Source: Archaeoglobus sp. JdFR-37 (GTDB lineage: Archaea; Halobacteriota; Archaeoglobi; Archaeoglobales; Archaeoglobaceae). Taken from it: DNA of 64,000 bases. A program made the position numbers and the translations under genes. Below, in pieces: positions 48,907 through 58,412 of the stretch; position 1 is the first letter of the stretch; each line of letters opens with the position of its first letter. The stretch is from contig MTMY01000007.1 in the NCBI GenBank assembly GCA_002010215.1, positions 1 to 64,000 on the forward strand. Reading direction: 5' to 3'. The notes beneath the pieces are model-generated. The model saw only the letters and a list, made by a program, of their open reading frames with translations. It was not told where the DNA came from and searched no databases.

Positions 48907-49869
48907 ATGGCAAATCTGGAGGAGAAATTGAGGAAATCTGAGAAGGTTTTCATCGTGGGAATTGCTGGAGACAGCGGTTCGGGCAAAACAACCTTTGCCA
49001 GTGCAATCAGAGACCTGCTTGGTGATGATCTGGTTTCGGCCATCTCGCTGGATGATTACCACGTTTACGACAGAAAAACGAGATGGGAGTTGAATATAAC
49101 TCCCCTTAATCCGGCAGCCACAAACCTCAAGCTTGTGGAAACTCACCTCATGCTCCTCAAAAAGGGTGAAACGATTAGGAAGCCCACCTACGACCACACC
49201 AAGGGTGAGCTTGGGGATTGGGAGGATTTTTCCCCCACTCCTGTGATTATAGTGGAGGGGCTCCACACACTCTATGACGGAATCCGTGACAAGCTGGATT
49301 TCAGAATTTTTGTTGATCCTGTGAGATTCATCAGGCGGAAATGGAAGATCAAGAGAGATGTGGAGACAAGAGGATATGATAGGGCGAAAGTCATAGAGGA
49401 GATCATCCGCAGAGAGCCCGATTACAAGCGCTACATAGATTTCCAGAAGATCTATGCAGATGTTGTTGTGAAGATCATGCCAACATCTCTTCAAAGTGTA
49501 GAGAGGATTACCTATCTTGCAGAGCAACCTCCAGAACTTTACAGAGTCAGGCTGATAATGAAAAGGGAGGACTTCAAGGATTCTGAACCGATAAGACTGG
49601 ATATAGATCTTTCAGCCTTTGTAAGGGCAAGCGAGAAAGATTTCGCAATCGGTTTCTTTTCTGACTACTATTACGAGAAACCCGCCAGTTTCATTGACAT
49701 AGATGGCCTGATGAATGTGGAGCTTTTTTCAACCCTCCTTGACACCCTCAAGAGAGAGGTTGGAAGGGATGTTAACTGGAAAGCAGAACGCTACGTCAAC
49801 GCAATAGAGGTTGCAAGATTGCTGATATGCTGGCGTTTCCTTGAGATGGTTAGATATCAGCTGAGCTGA
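48907..49869 (+). CDS. prk: Phosphoribulokinase (archaeal type)
   Basis: GIAGDSGSGKTT, LDDYH..DR..R, ITPL.P.A, YDH.KG, EGLH, KIKRD...RG. Confidence 0.85.
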   Translation: MANLEEKLRKSEKVFIVGIAGDSGSGKTTFASAIRDLLGDDLVSAISLDDYHVYDRKTRWELNITPLNPAATNLKLVETHLMLLKKGETIRKPTYDHTKGELGDWEDFSPTPVIIVEGLHTLYDGIRDKLDFRIFVDPVRFIRRKWKIKRDVETRGYDRAKVIEEIIRREPDYKRYIDFQKIYADVVVKIMPTSLQSVERITYLAEQPPELYRVRLIMKREDFKDSEPIRLDIDLSAFVRASEKDFAIGFFSDYYYEKPASFIDIDGLMNVELFSTLLDTLKREVGRDVNWKAERYVNAIEVARLLICWRFLEMVRYQLS

Positions 49870-49922
49870 ATTCTATAAAAATCAAATATATTGAGAATTT
49901 GGTTCAGAGATTAGTTATCTCT

Positions 49923-50955
49923 TCATAGATGAAGAAGATCGCTGAAAGAGTTGATAACCCGAAACCTATACCTGAAAATCATTCCTAATATTCCTAATAG
50001 ATTAGTAGATCCATGGAACAATACTATAAGCGGAATACCTATTCCTGTCAAGGCCATAAGTATAAACGACAGAACTGTTCTAACTTTACTCTTGTAGGTA
50101 TAACTACCGTATTTATCAATCTTATCCTTAATCTCATCAATCTTATATCTCATTTCAATAATAAGTTTAAAGAAATTGTCGTAGAATTTCGGTTCAGATT
50201 CTGTCATTTGAATAGATTCTCTCAATTGCTTCTCAGCCCATGCTGCACCCTGTTTTTTCAACTCCTCTATAGTTTTAAGGTCCGCTCAACTGACTCCCTA
50301 TGCACTTCCTTCAAATGCTCAATTTTAGGGCGTAACTGATAGAGATACATTCTATAAACATCTTCGAAGAACCTATCGAAACGAGATATCCACTTAAGAA
50401 AGGATTCACGATTTTTAGGAAAATAATATCTCACAAAAGACCTGACGTTTACTGGAACACCATGCACATCCTCATAATCTCCTGGGGGTGAGGGGAACTC
50501 ACGGTATAGGGCATGAAATAGATCTCGTAGAGCAAACTTCACCTCTAAATATAGTGCAGGCCCTGCGACTAATTCTCCATCTGTTTGAGTCCTTTCCTTT
50601 CTCTTTTTCTCCGATGCCTTTCTATACTCCTCCTATACCTCTTCTAAATAGGATTGCAAGACTTCTGAAGGTGAATCCCTCCAGCTTTCATTAGATAGAA
50701 TCTCTACGTATCTGCTGATAGGAGGGCGCCACTGTGGAAGGGGATGTTCTTCAAGAATACTCCACTCAAAAATCAGCCTGTCAAGAGCCTGGAAATCCTT
50801 AATTAACATCTCACGGTACTTATCTCGCTGTTGTCGTAGATAGACTATGTAACTTGCATAGAACACCATAATAATAGAAAGTACAGTTGCAGACACACTG
50901 GCTAAAGTAGTGAAGTATTCCGTATATACGATCCACACTTCATATTAGGTAGCAT
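49923..50955 (-). pseudogene. Fragmented AT-rich membrane-protein gene of unknown function
   Basis: ORFs 50633-50938 and 50267-50542 share one frame across a TAG; frameshift into 49923-50261; TM helices at both ends. Confidence 0.7.
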
Positions 50956-51147
50956 GTTACTTTTGGTGTTTACTGATTATCAATTACTCATAAGAGCTAC
51001 TTCCTGATAATTAATGTTATTCCTCATTTAATGAAAATAATTCATTAAGTCCCCAAAAAGAAAATGGTAAATAATGATAAATTTTATGGATTATTGCAGA
51101 ATGTGAAAAACAAAAAGGATATTTTCAGAGACATGCAATAGATCCTC

Positions 51148-52185
51148 ATGAACGTTGGCATTCTCACTAGGTGGAATGCCACGTGCGGTGTTTCTCTCCA
51201 TGCTGAACTTCTTGCTGAAGAATTTTTCAAAATGGGGCGTAATGTGAGGATATTCGCTCCCCATATCCACACCGCCAACAGGTGGTGGCACCACAGAATT
51301 ATCAGGGATGATGAGGACTTCGTCATCAGGTGTTACAATGAGCTCAGACCCGAAACCATGGCTGGTGGAGCTCTAGAAGAAGACAAAGTGCTTTCAGAAG
51401 ATCTGGATCTCCTTATAGTTGAGTCATATACCAGCATTCCCTACTCTGACGTTGAAAAACTGGTGGAAAAGGTGGATGCGGTAACCATTGCTGTCATTCA
51501 TGAAGGAGGGAGAGAGGACATACGCTATTCTGACATGAGCGTATTTGATGCTATTGTTGCCTTCGATGAGCGGTACATCAGGGAGATCCTCTATGATTGT
51601 GTGGAGAAGGTAAGAATAATCCCGTACCCCTGCTATCCCGTCAGAAAAGGCGAAAGGAGATTTGCAGAAGATGGGATGACCTTCTTCAGCTTCGGAAGGC
51701 AGCCCTACGCAGAATATGCAGATTTTATCAATGCTCTAGAAAAGTTCAACAGAAAGTATGATTTTGTTTACAGGGTTGTAAGATCTGATGGTTTGCTGCC
51801 ATTCGAAAGGGAGTGGCTGAAGCAGGAGCAGAGGAGGCTGAGGGATACTGAAGAGGTTTACAGATACCTTCACTCCTCTGACATCCACTTGTTACCGAAA
51901 GGAAATACCAGTAAGGTTGTAGTATCCTCAACTTTCTACCAGTGCATCGGCTCACTGATACCGATAGTTGTGCCAGATACCAGACACTTCGAGCTTCTGC
52001 CAGACCATAAACCGGCTGTAGTCTATCATGATGTGGCCGATTTAACGAAAAAGCTGGAGCTCCTGATAGAGGATGATGCCTTCAGAAACAGAATCGTTGA
52101 AGCAGCTAGAGAATTCGTTGAGGAGTTCAGAAGCGATAAGATAGCCAAGAGATTCATAGAGCTCTACAAGTCACTGTCTGGCTGA
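51148..52185 (+). CDS. GT-B (family 4-like) glycosyltransferase
   Basis: WNATCGVSLHAE N-terminal motif, SFG, DIHLLP, SST....G..PIV. Confidence 0.85.
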   Translation: MNVGILTRWNATCGVSLHAELLAEEFFKMGRNVRIFAPHIHTANRWWHHRIIRDDEDFVIRCYNELRPETMAGGALEEDKVLSEDLDLLIVESYTSIPYSDVEKLVEKVDAVTIAVIHEGGREDIRYSDMSVFDAIVAFDERYIREILYDCVEKVRIIPYPCYPVRKGERRFAEDGMTFFSFGRQPYAEYADFINALEKFNRKYDFVYRVVRSDGLLPFEREWLKQEQRRLRDTEEVYRYLHSSDIHLLPKGNTSKVVVSSTFYQCIGSLIPIVVPDTRHFELLPDHKPAVVYHDVADLTKKLELLIEDDAFRNRIVEAAREFVEEFRSDKIAKRFIELYKSLSG

Positions 52186-52282
52186 GCCTAGCTGCAATTC
52201 GACATCTGGCAAACTTGATAAGATTTAGCATAAGATTTAGCAAAAACAATAAAATTTTATAGCATCTGTACCATCATAATTT

Positions 52283-53248
52283 ATGGAAACACTGGTTCTG
52301 ACCCAGCAGGAAGTAGAGTCTGTTCTCACCATGCGCGATGTTATGGAGGCCGTTGAGAGGGCATTCAAACTTCATGGCCTCGGCAAAACCCAGATGCCTC
52401 CAAAAGTGTATCTGACCTTTGATAAAGGGGACCTGCGAGCCATGCCTGCGTATCTTGATGGTAAAGCTGGTATAAAGTGGGTCAACTCCCATCCTGACAA
52501 TCCCAAGAAAGGCTTCCCTACGGTAATGGCAGTACTGATATATAACGATCCCGAAACGGGCTTTCCTCTAGCAGTAATGGATGCGACGCACATCACCAAC
52601 ATGCGAACAGGAGCAGCAGGAGGGATTGCAGCAAAGTATCTGGCTAAGAAGGATAGTAAGGTTTTCGGATTCGTTGGATGCGGAATGCAGGCAAAAACTC
52701 AGCTTCTCAGTCTGAAAGAGGTTTTTGACATCGAAACTGTCAAAGCTTATGACATCAGCCAGGAAAAAGCAAGGAGTTTTGCAGACTTCTGCTCAGCTTT
52801 GGGCATTGAATGTGTGGCTGAGGAGGTCAAGGATGTTTGCAGGTGTGATGTGCTTGTTACCACAACCCCTTCCAGAAAACCCGTTGTGAAGAATGAGTGG
52901 ATACAGGAAGGAACGCATATAAATGCCATTGGTGCTGACGCCCCTGGCAAGCAGGAGCTGGAGTCTGAAATCCTCCTGAGGGGTAAGGTGGTGGTGGATG
53001 ACGTTCCACAGGCAGTGCACAGCGGAGAGATCAACGTTCCCCTCAGCCAGGGGGTTTTCAGGGAGGAGGACATTTATGCAACCCTCGGCGAAATCGTTGC
53101 CGGAAAGAAAAAAAGAAGAGAGGGGGATGAGATAACTATCTTCGACTCAACAGGCCTTGCAATTCAGGACATCGCTACGGCATCGGTAGTATATGAGAGG
53201 GCGGTTGAGAAGGGGCTGGGAATGAAGATTGAGTTCTTCAGGATATAG
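52283..53248 (+). CDS. ala: Alanine dehydrogenase (archaeal OCD/mu-crystallin type)
   Basis: MPPKVYL, GDLRAMP, KWVNSHP, RTGAAGG, DSTGLAIQD. Confidence 0.93.
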   Translation: METLVLTQQEVESVLTMRDVMEAVERAFKLHGLGKTQMPPKVYLTFDKGDLRAMPAYLDGKAGIKWVNSHPDNPKKGFPTVMAVLIYNDPETGFPLAVMDATHITNMRTGAAGGIAAKYLAKKDSKVFGFVGCGMQAKTQLLSLKEVFDIETVKAYDISQEKARSFADFCSALGIECVAEEVKDVCRCDVLVTTTPSRKPVVKNEWIQEGTHINAIGADAPGKQELESEILLRGKVVVDDVPQAVHSGEINVPLSQGVFREEDIYATLGEIVAGKKKRREGDEITIFDSTGLAIQDIATASVVYERAVEKGLGMKIEFFRI

Positions 53249-53317
53249 CATGGAGTTAGCGTAGGAATATGGCTTATAACACGAATAGCATATAACACGA
53301 GCTTACAAGTGAAGCGT

Positions 53318-53992
53318 ATGAAGCTTGCTGCACTGATATCTGGTGGTAAGGATTCCATGCTTGCACTGCACATGGCAGCGGAACGGCACGACATCGCTTG
53401 TCTAGTCACAGCCGTCCCCGACAATGTTGACTCCTACATGTTTCACACTCCCAATCTTCACATTGTGGATGCCATAGCCAAATGCCTTGGGAAGCCTCTC
53501 CTCAAGATCCCTGTCAGTGGTGAGGAGGAAAAGGAGGTTGAAGAGCTTCGTGAAGGTATTGAGTGCCTGAGCATTGATGGACTTGTGATAGGTGGGATGG
53601 AGTCAGAATATCAGCGGAAGAGATTTGCTGCCATCTGCGAAAGGCTGGGTTTGGAGATGGTGGCGCCCCTTTGGGGAAAAGAGGCAGAATGGATAATGAA
53701 GAAAGTGGCTGAGAGCTTTGACGCCATATTTGTCAAGGTTGCTGCTTATGGGCTCGATGAAAAATGGCTGGGAAGAAAAATTGATGAGAAGGCCATTGAG
53801 GAGCTCAAGGAACTGAACAGAAAGTATGGCATTCATGTGGCTGGCGAGGGTGGTGAGTTCGAGACTCTGGTTCTTGATGCACCGCTTTACAAGAAGCGGA
53901 TAGTTGTAAAGGGTTCAATTCCGAAATGGTTCGGTGATAGTGGAGTTTACGTAATCGAGGAATTCAATATTGTAGATAAAATTATTGTGTAG
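53318..53992 (+). CDS. dph6: Diphthine--ammonia ligase family PP-loop ATPase
   Basis: SGGKDS, DSYMFH, GEGGEFET. Confidence 0.88.
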   Translation: MKLAALISGGKDSMLALHMAAERHDIACLVTAVPDNVDSYMFHTPNLHIVDAIAKCLGKPLLKIPVSGEEEKEVEELREGIECLSIDGLVIGGMESEYQRKRFAAICERLGLEMVAPLWGKEAEWIMKKVAESFDAIFVKVAAYGLDEKWLGRKIDEKAIEELKELNRKYGIHVAGEGGEFETLVLDAPLYKKRIVVKGSIPKWFGDSGVYVIEEFNIVDKIIV

Positions 53993-54140
53993 ATAAGTAA
54001 TACGGTATAATGGAATCAACTTCGATGAATTCAAGAAAGCAAGAATGCAAACAGCCCAGAGGTTCCGGGAAATTGCAGAAAACGGTACAACTCAGTAAAG
54101 CTTATTTATGATTTAGAAAATTTCCTTTAGAGGTGATGTA

Positions 54141-54527
54141 ATGAAATGTGATGACCTCTTCTGCGGTATTAACCGCCCGAAGAGTTTGAATCCCGATGAA
54201 ATGAGCGATTTGGAAAAGAAACATACTCCCGTTATCATGGCTCCCAGCAGTGTAAAGCTGGAAGAGCCCTTTGAAGTTAAGGTTGAACTTGGCAAGTATC
54301 TTGCTCATCCTAATGAATACGGACATTTCTTCCAATGGATTGAGATCTGGCTGGATGAAACATTCATTGCCCGATTCGATCTGACACCGAAATCATCCTA
54401 TCCGGAAGTCTCCGTTAAAATTGCCATTAATCACGCTCATGAAGGCAGAGCGAAGCTTAAAGCTCTTGCCTTCTGCAATCTCCATGGTGTTTGGGAAGGT
54501 ATTAAAGAAATAATTGTGGAGGAGTGA
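54141..54527 (+). CDS. sor: Superoxide reductase (neelaredoxin, 1Fe-SOR)
   Basis: EKKH, HP...H, CNLHG ligands. Confidence 0.93.
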   Translation: MKCDDLFCGINRPKSLNPDEMSDLEKKHTPVIMAPSSVKLEEPFEVKVELGKYLAHPNEYGHFFQWIEIWLDETFIARFDLTPKSSYPEVSVKIAINHAHEGRAKLKALAFCNLHGVWEGIKEIIVEE

Positions 54528-54531
54528 TAGA

Positions 54532-54690
54532 TTGAGGTACCAGTGCAAGATTTGCGGATATGTGTACGATGAGAATGAAGGGGACCCAGAAAACGATATT
54601 CCAGCAGGAACAAAATGGGAGGATCTGCCTGAAGACTGGGTATGTCCTGTTTGCGGTGCAAGCAAGGAGGATTTTGAGAAAATAGAGTAA
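54532..54690 (+). CDS. rub: Rubredoxin
   Basis: Manual translation from [22 protein letters not shown]...[17 protein letters not shown]. Confidence 0.95.
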   Translation: MRYQCKICGYVYDENEGDPENDIPAGTKWEDLPEDWVCPVCGASKEDFEKIE

Positions 54691-54743
54691 TTTTTATTTT
54701 ATTTTTATTTTTAAAAATTCGAAACAAAATTAGGAATAAGGAG

Positions 54744-55940
54744 GTGAGTATTTTGCACGTTACTATTAAGCCCGGTATTTACTGGGTAGGAGCGGTTGAC
54801 TGGAACGTCCGAGATTTCCACGGCTATCACACCCAGTACGGAACGTCCTATAACGCTTATGTGGTTAAAGGAGATAAAGTAGCCCTCGTTGATACCGTCA
54901 AGCATGGCTTCGAGAGTCAGCTCTTCGAAAGGCTTGAACACGTCGGGATTGAGCAGATTGATTACTTGGTGGTAAATCATGTAGAGATGGATCATGCTGG
55001 CTCTGTGAAGGCAGTCATGGAGAAGTTTCCGGATGTTAAAATAGTCACCAATGCTAGAGGGAAGATTGGTTTGAAGGAGGCTTACGGGATTGATGAAGAC
55101 GTCATAATCGTAAAAACCGGCGATAAGCTTGAGCTTGGTGGAAAAACCCTCACTTTCATTGAAACACCCATGGTTCATTGGCCTGACAGCATGGCTACTT
55201 ATGTTATAGAGGACAGGGTTCTTCTGCCAAACGACGCCTTCGGCATGCACTATGCCAGCAGCAAGAGGTTCGATGATGAATTCAGCCAGGAAGAGATGGG
55301 CAGAATTTTCTTTGAGGCTGCCAAGTATTATGCTAACATAGTTCTGCTTTACAGCAATCAGGTTCAGAAGGTTTTGAAGCAGATTGAAGAGCTGGGACTG
55401 GAGTTGGATGTTATAGCTCCCTCTCACGGCATTATATGGAGAGATAAAATCCCTGAAATTTTACAACGATATAAAGCTTGGAGCTCAGGGGAAGCAGATG
55501 AAAGAGTCATTATTATTTACGATTCCATGTGGCTCCATACAGAAGAGGCAGCATTTGAGGTTGCGGAAGGTGTGGTGGATGAAGGGGTTGAATTCAGGCT
55601 TTACAGGCTTAAGAATTCCGACTGGACTGAGGTAATGACGGAGATAATGATCTCCAAGGGAGTCATAGTGGGTTCGCCAACCCTTAACAGAGAACTTTTC
55701 CCCACCGTTGCAGGTTTTCTGGCGTACATGAAGGGATTGAAGCCATTCAACAAAGTTGCTGGCGCATTTGGAAGTTATGGATGGAGTGGTGAGGCTGTGG
55801 GGAAGATTGTCGACATTTTCAACCAGCTCAAGTTTGATGTGGTGGGGAGTGTCAGATGGAAGTACAGTGCGGACGAGAAAACGCTTGAAGAGCTGAGAGA
55901 GCTTGGAAGGAGCGTGGCTAGGAAAGTCAGAGGGAGTTAA
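54744..55940 (+). CDS. fprA: Flavodiiron protein FprA
   Basis: GTSYNAY, HVEMDH, HWPD, DAFG, PSHG plus flavodoxin domain. Confidence 0.95.
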   Translation: MSILHVTIKPGIYWVGAVDWNVRDFHGYHTQYGTSYNAYVVKGDKVALVDTVKHGFESQLFERLEHVGIEQIDYLVVNHVEMDHAGSVKAVMEKFPDVKIVTNARGKIGLKEAYGIDEDVIIVKTGDKLELGGKTLTFIETPMVHWPDSMATYVIEDRVLLPNDAFGMHYASSKRFDDEFSQEEMGRIFFEAAKYYANIVLLYSNQVQKVLKQIEELGLELDVIAPSHGIIWRDKIPEILQRYKAWSSGEADERVIIIYDSMWLHTEEAAFEVAEGVVDEGVEFRLYRLKNSDWTEVMTEIMISKGVIVGSPTLNRELFPTVAGFLAYMKGLKPFNKVAGAFGSYGWSGEAVGKIVDIFNQLKFDVVGSVRWKYSADEKTLEELRELGRSVARKVRGS

Positions 55941-56017
55941 TATTTTGCTTAGGTGAGGTTGTCTGATTAATCCTCTCTGCCCCTTCCGACCGAATACAAA
56001 CACAAATCACAATCCAA

Positions 56018-56665
56018 TCATCTAATAAGAGATAACACTACAGCCTCCACCTCGCCCAACGAAGCAGAAATACTTCTTATTTCTTCCAGCTCAAGCTCTC
56101 CTTTTTTATTCAGCGAAGCATCCACAAACATTCCATCGCTAATGACTTTCCCGAATTGTTTTGGTGGAAGATAGCTCACCACTGCATATCTGCCGGGTTT
56201 GAACGCTTCGCTGTTCGTCACAACCTCCATTCTGAAACCGCAATCCACCACACATAGCCAGAGACTCCCCATCTCGGTTCTGGAAGTTATCTCCCCAGAA
56301 AAGTACCTTATGGCCTCATATGCTCTCTCTATCTCTCCCCTGCCCATCAGATTCGGGAGAGATGTGAGGTAATCCAGCCAGTAATAAGTCTGTTTCCACT
56401 GGAAATCTCTTTCAGCCTTCTCAATTGCTCCTTTTATGGATTCTGAAACTTCCACAATTTTCTTGAAATTCTCGAGCTTTACGATCTCCTCTGGAGGCAT
56501 GTAGGAGTACTTAACAACCTGAATCTCACTTCCCAGACTCCTTGCAGCTGAAACCAGCTCTTTCCTTTTCTGCACCTTGACGCTGTTCAAAGCCTTCTCT
56601 AGCTCATTCACGGCCTTTTCAGCCAGCCTTATTCTGAAATCGGATGCTGTATCCACGATTATCAC
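56018..56665 (-). CDS. Archaeal protein with C-terminal EMAP/tRNA-binding OB fold
   Basis: DTASDFRI..AE, KYSY, VVTN, YLPP..FG..S.GMF. Confidence 0.75.
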   Translation of the reverse strand: MIIVDTASDFRIRLAEKAVNELEKALNSVKVQKRKELVSAARSLGSEIQVVKYSYMPPEEIVKLENFKKIVEVSESIKGAIEKAERDFQWKQTYYWLDYLTSLPNLMGRGEIERAYEAIRYFSGEITSRTEMGSLWLCVVDCGFRMEVVTNSEAFKPGRYAVVSYLPPKQFGKVISDGMFVDASLNKKGELELEEIRSISASLGEVEAVVLSLIR

Positions 56666-56678
56666 CTACTTGTACACC

Positions 56679-57269
56679 TTAAATTTCATCAAGTTCTCCT
56701 TCAAGCTCCTTCAAAAACCACTCCACAAATTTGAGATTCTCCTCTGCAATCTTTCTTGCTTCTTCCGTATAAAGCCTTTTTCTGGCCTTTTCTATTTTGC
56801 TGCGATACCACTCAACAGCTTCTCCTACACCCATCCCCAGCTTTCCCGCATACATGAAAACCCTAGCAATACCTATCGCTCCAATGCCGTCCAGTTTATC
56901 GGCATCGAAAAGAATCTTGGCTTCGATGCTCTGTGCATCAACATCATCCTCGCTGGAATGGCTTTTTATGAGTTCCTTTATCTTCTCAGTCTCCAATTGA
57001 TTAAATCCAGCTTCTCTGAGGAACTCTTCTGCCTTCTGAGCACTTCTTTCTGCATGTCCGTCCTTTGCATCATATGTCTCCTCAACATCGTGAAGGAGAG
57101 CTGCGGCGGCTACAAGCTCTTTATCGCCGCCATAAGCTTCAGCCAGATGCAGGGCTCGAATCATAACCCTCTTAGCGTGATCGAAGCGATGAGCGGGGCT
57201 CTGCTGATTTTTTGACTTCAGATATTCCTTCACGAGATTTTCAAGTTTCTGGAGCCTTTCAGTTTTCAT
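56679..57269 (-). CDS. HD-domain phosphohydrolase
   Basis: H..DH..RV, ALLHD, DADKLD.IGA.G.AR. Confidence 0.92.
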   Translation of the reverse strand: MKTERLQKLENLVKEYLKSKNQQSPAHRFDHAKRVMIRALHLAEAYGGDKELVAAAALLHDVEETYDAKDGHAERSAQKAEEFLREAGFNQLETEKIKELIKSHSSEDDVDAQSIEAKILFDADKLDGIGAIGIARVFMYAGKLGMGVGEAVEWYRSKIEKARKRLYTEEARKIAEENLKFVEWFLKELEGELDEI

Positions 57270-57280
57270 AGGTCTTCACT

Positions 57281-57904
57281 TTATGGCTGAACGACTTTTC
57301 CTGAGATGATCACTACCAGTTTGCTCCAGAATGAATAGGGGCCTGTTTCCACCACTCTTATATCCTCAAGCCCCACCTGACTGAACCAGGCAACACACTG
57401 CTGCGTCGATGGAAAAAGCATGATGCTTTCGGCAAATTTTCTGGCAAGAATGTTGTTGGGTTTTCTGGGGGCGAGTATTACAACCCTTCCACCTTCTTTT
57501 GTCACCCTTGCCATCTCAGTAATCCCTTTGACCGGATTGGGCCAGTATTCTATACTTCCCGCAGAAATTGATGCGTCGAAGGTTGAATCTCGGAATGGAA
57601 GATTCTCAGCATCCCCTCTGAAAAAGCTGGCGGAAGGGTACCTCTTAACGGCTTTCATCATCTGCTCAGGGGTTAAATCCACAGCAACGACGTTTTCCTC
57701 ACCAACTCTGCTGGCAATCTCGTAAGTGGTGAAGCCCGTACCGCAGCCAACCTCCAGAACAAAATCTCCGTTCTTCACTTCTGCCATATCAACGACACAG
57801 CGACGCATATCGTCAGAGTAGAAAATAGGGTTAATTCTGTCGTAAATCTTGGAAAAATAACGGTAGAATATCCTGGCCCTCTTCTTATCTTCCAGAACTC
57901 CCAT
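57281..57904 (-). CDS. UbiE/MenG-like (MPBQ/MSBQ-type) SAM methyltransferase
   Basis: VLEVGCGTGF, GDAENLPF, SAGSIEYWP. Confidence 0.88.
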   Translation of the reverse strand: MGVLEDKKRARIFYRYFSKIYDRINPIFYSDDMRRCVVDMAEVKNGDFVLEVGCGTGFTTYEIASRVGEENVVAVDLTPEQMMKAVKRYPSASFFRGDAENLPFRDSTFDASISAGSIEYWPNPVKGITEMARVTKEGGRVVILAPRKPNNILARKFAESIMLFPSTQQCVAWFSQVGLEDIRVVETGPYSFWSKLVVIISGKVVQP

Positions 57905-57965
57905 AATATCCTGTTAACTCTTCTGATGACTTTCTGTTGACCTTCGCTAATTCATTATTTGTCCA

Positions 57966-58346
57966 TTACTCCTTGAAGTACTCTTCCAGAGGTATCTTGC
58001 CATGCTTGACGACTTTCATATTTATCTGGACGATGTCCCTGTTTATGACTCTACCACGAACCATTTTTCTCCTTCTCATTCCCTTTTCTCTTGGCTTGTA
58101 TCCAATACCCCCAGAGAGCAGGATTCTCTTCCTAACTGTCCCGGGAATGTCGGGCCTTATTGGCACGCCATCCTTGTCACTTCCACCGGTAATCTGCAAT
58201 TCGTAATCTGGTGGAAGCTCTACCAGAGTCCCGTTAATCACGTCTCCAACCTGCTTTCCAACAAGCTTGTTGGCGTGGGCTCCACTAACAACCTTCTGGT
58301 AAGCTTTCCCTGTTTTTGGATCGGAAATCACAACTTTAAACTCCAT
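57966..58346 (-). CDS. rps6e: 30S ribosomal protein eS6
   Basis: FKVVISDP, ITGGSDKDG, RK.VRG. Confidence 0.97.
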   Translation of the reverse strand: MEFKVVISDPKTGKAYQKVVSGAHANKLVGKQVGDVINGTLVELPPDYELQITGGSDKDGVPIRPDIPGTVRKRILLSGGIGYKPREKGMRRRKMVRGRVINRDIVQINMKVVKHGKIPLEEYFKE

Positions 58347-58412
58347 ATTCACCACCTCTCATTTTTTCTTGGATTATCTTTCTCAGTTCTCTTATCTCTC
58401 TTATTTCTCTCA

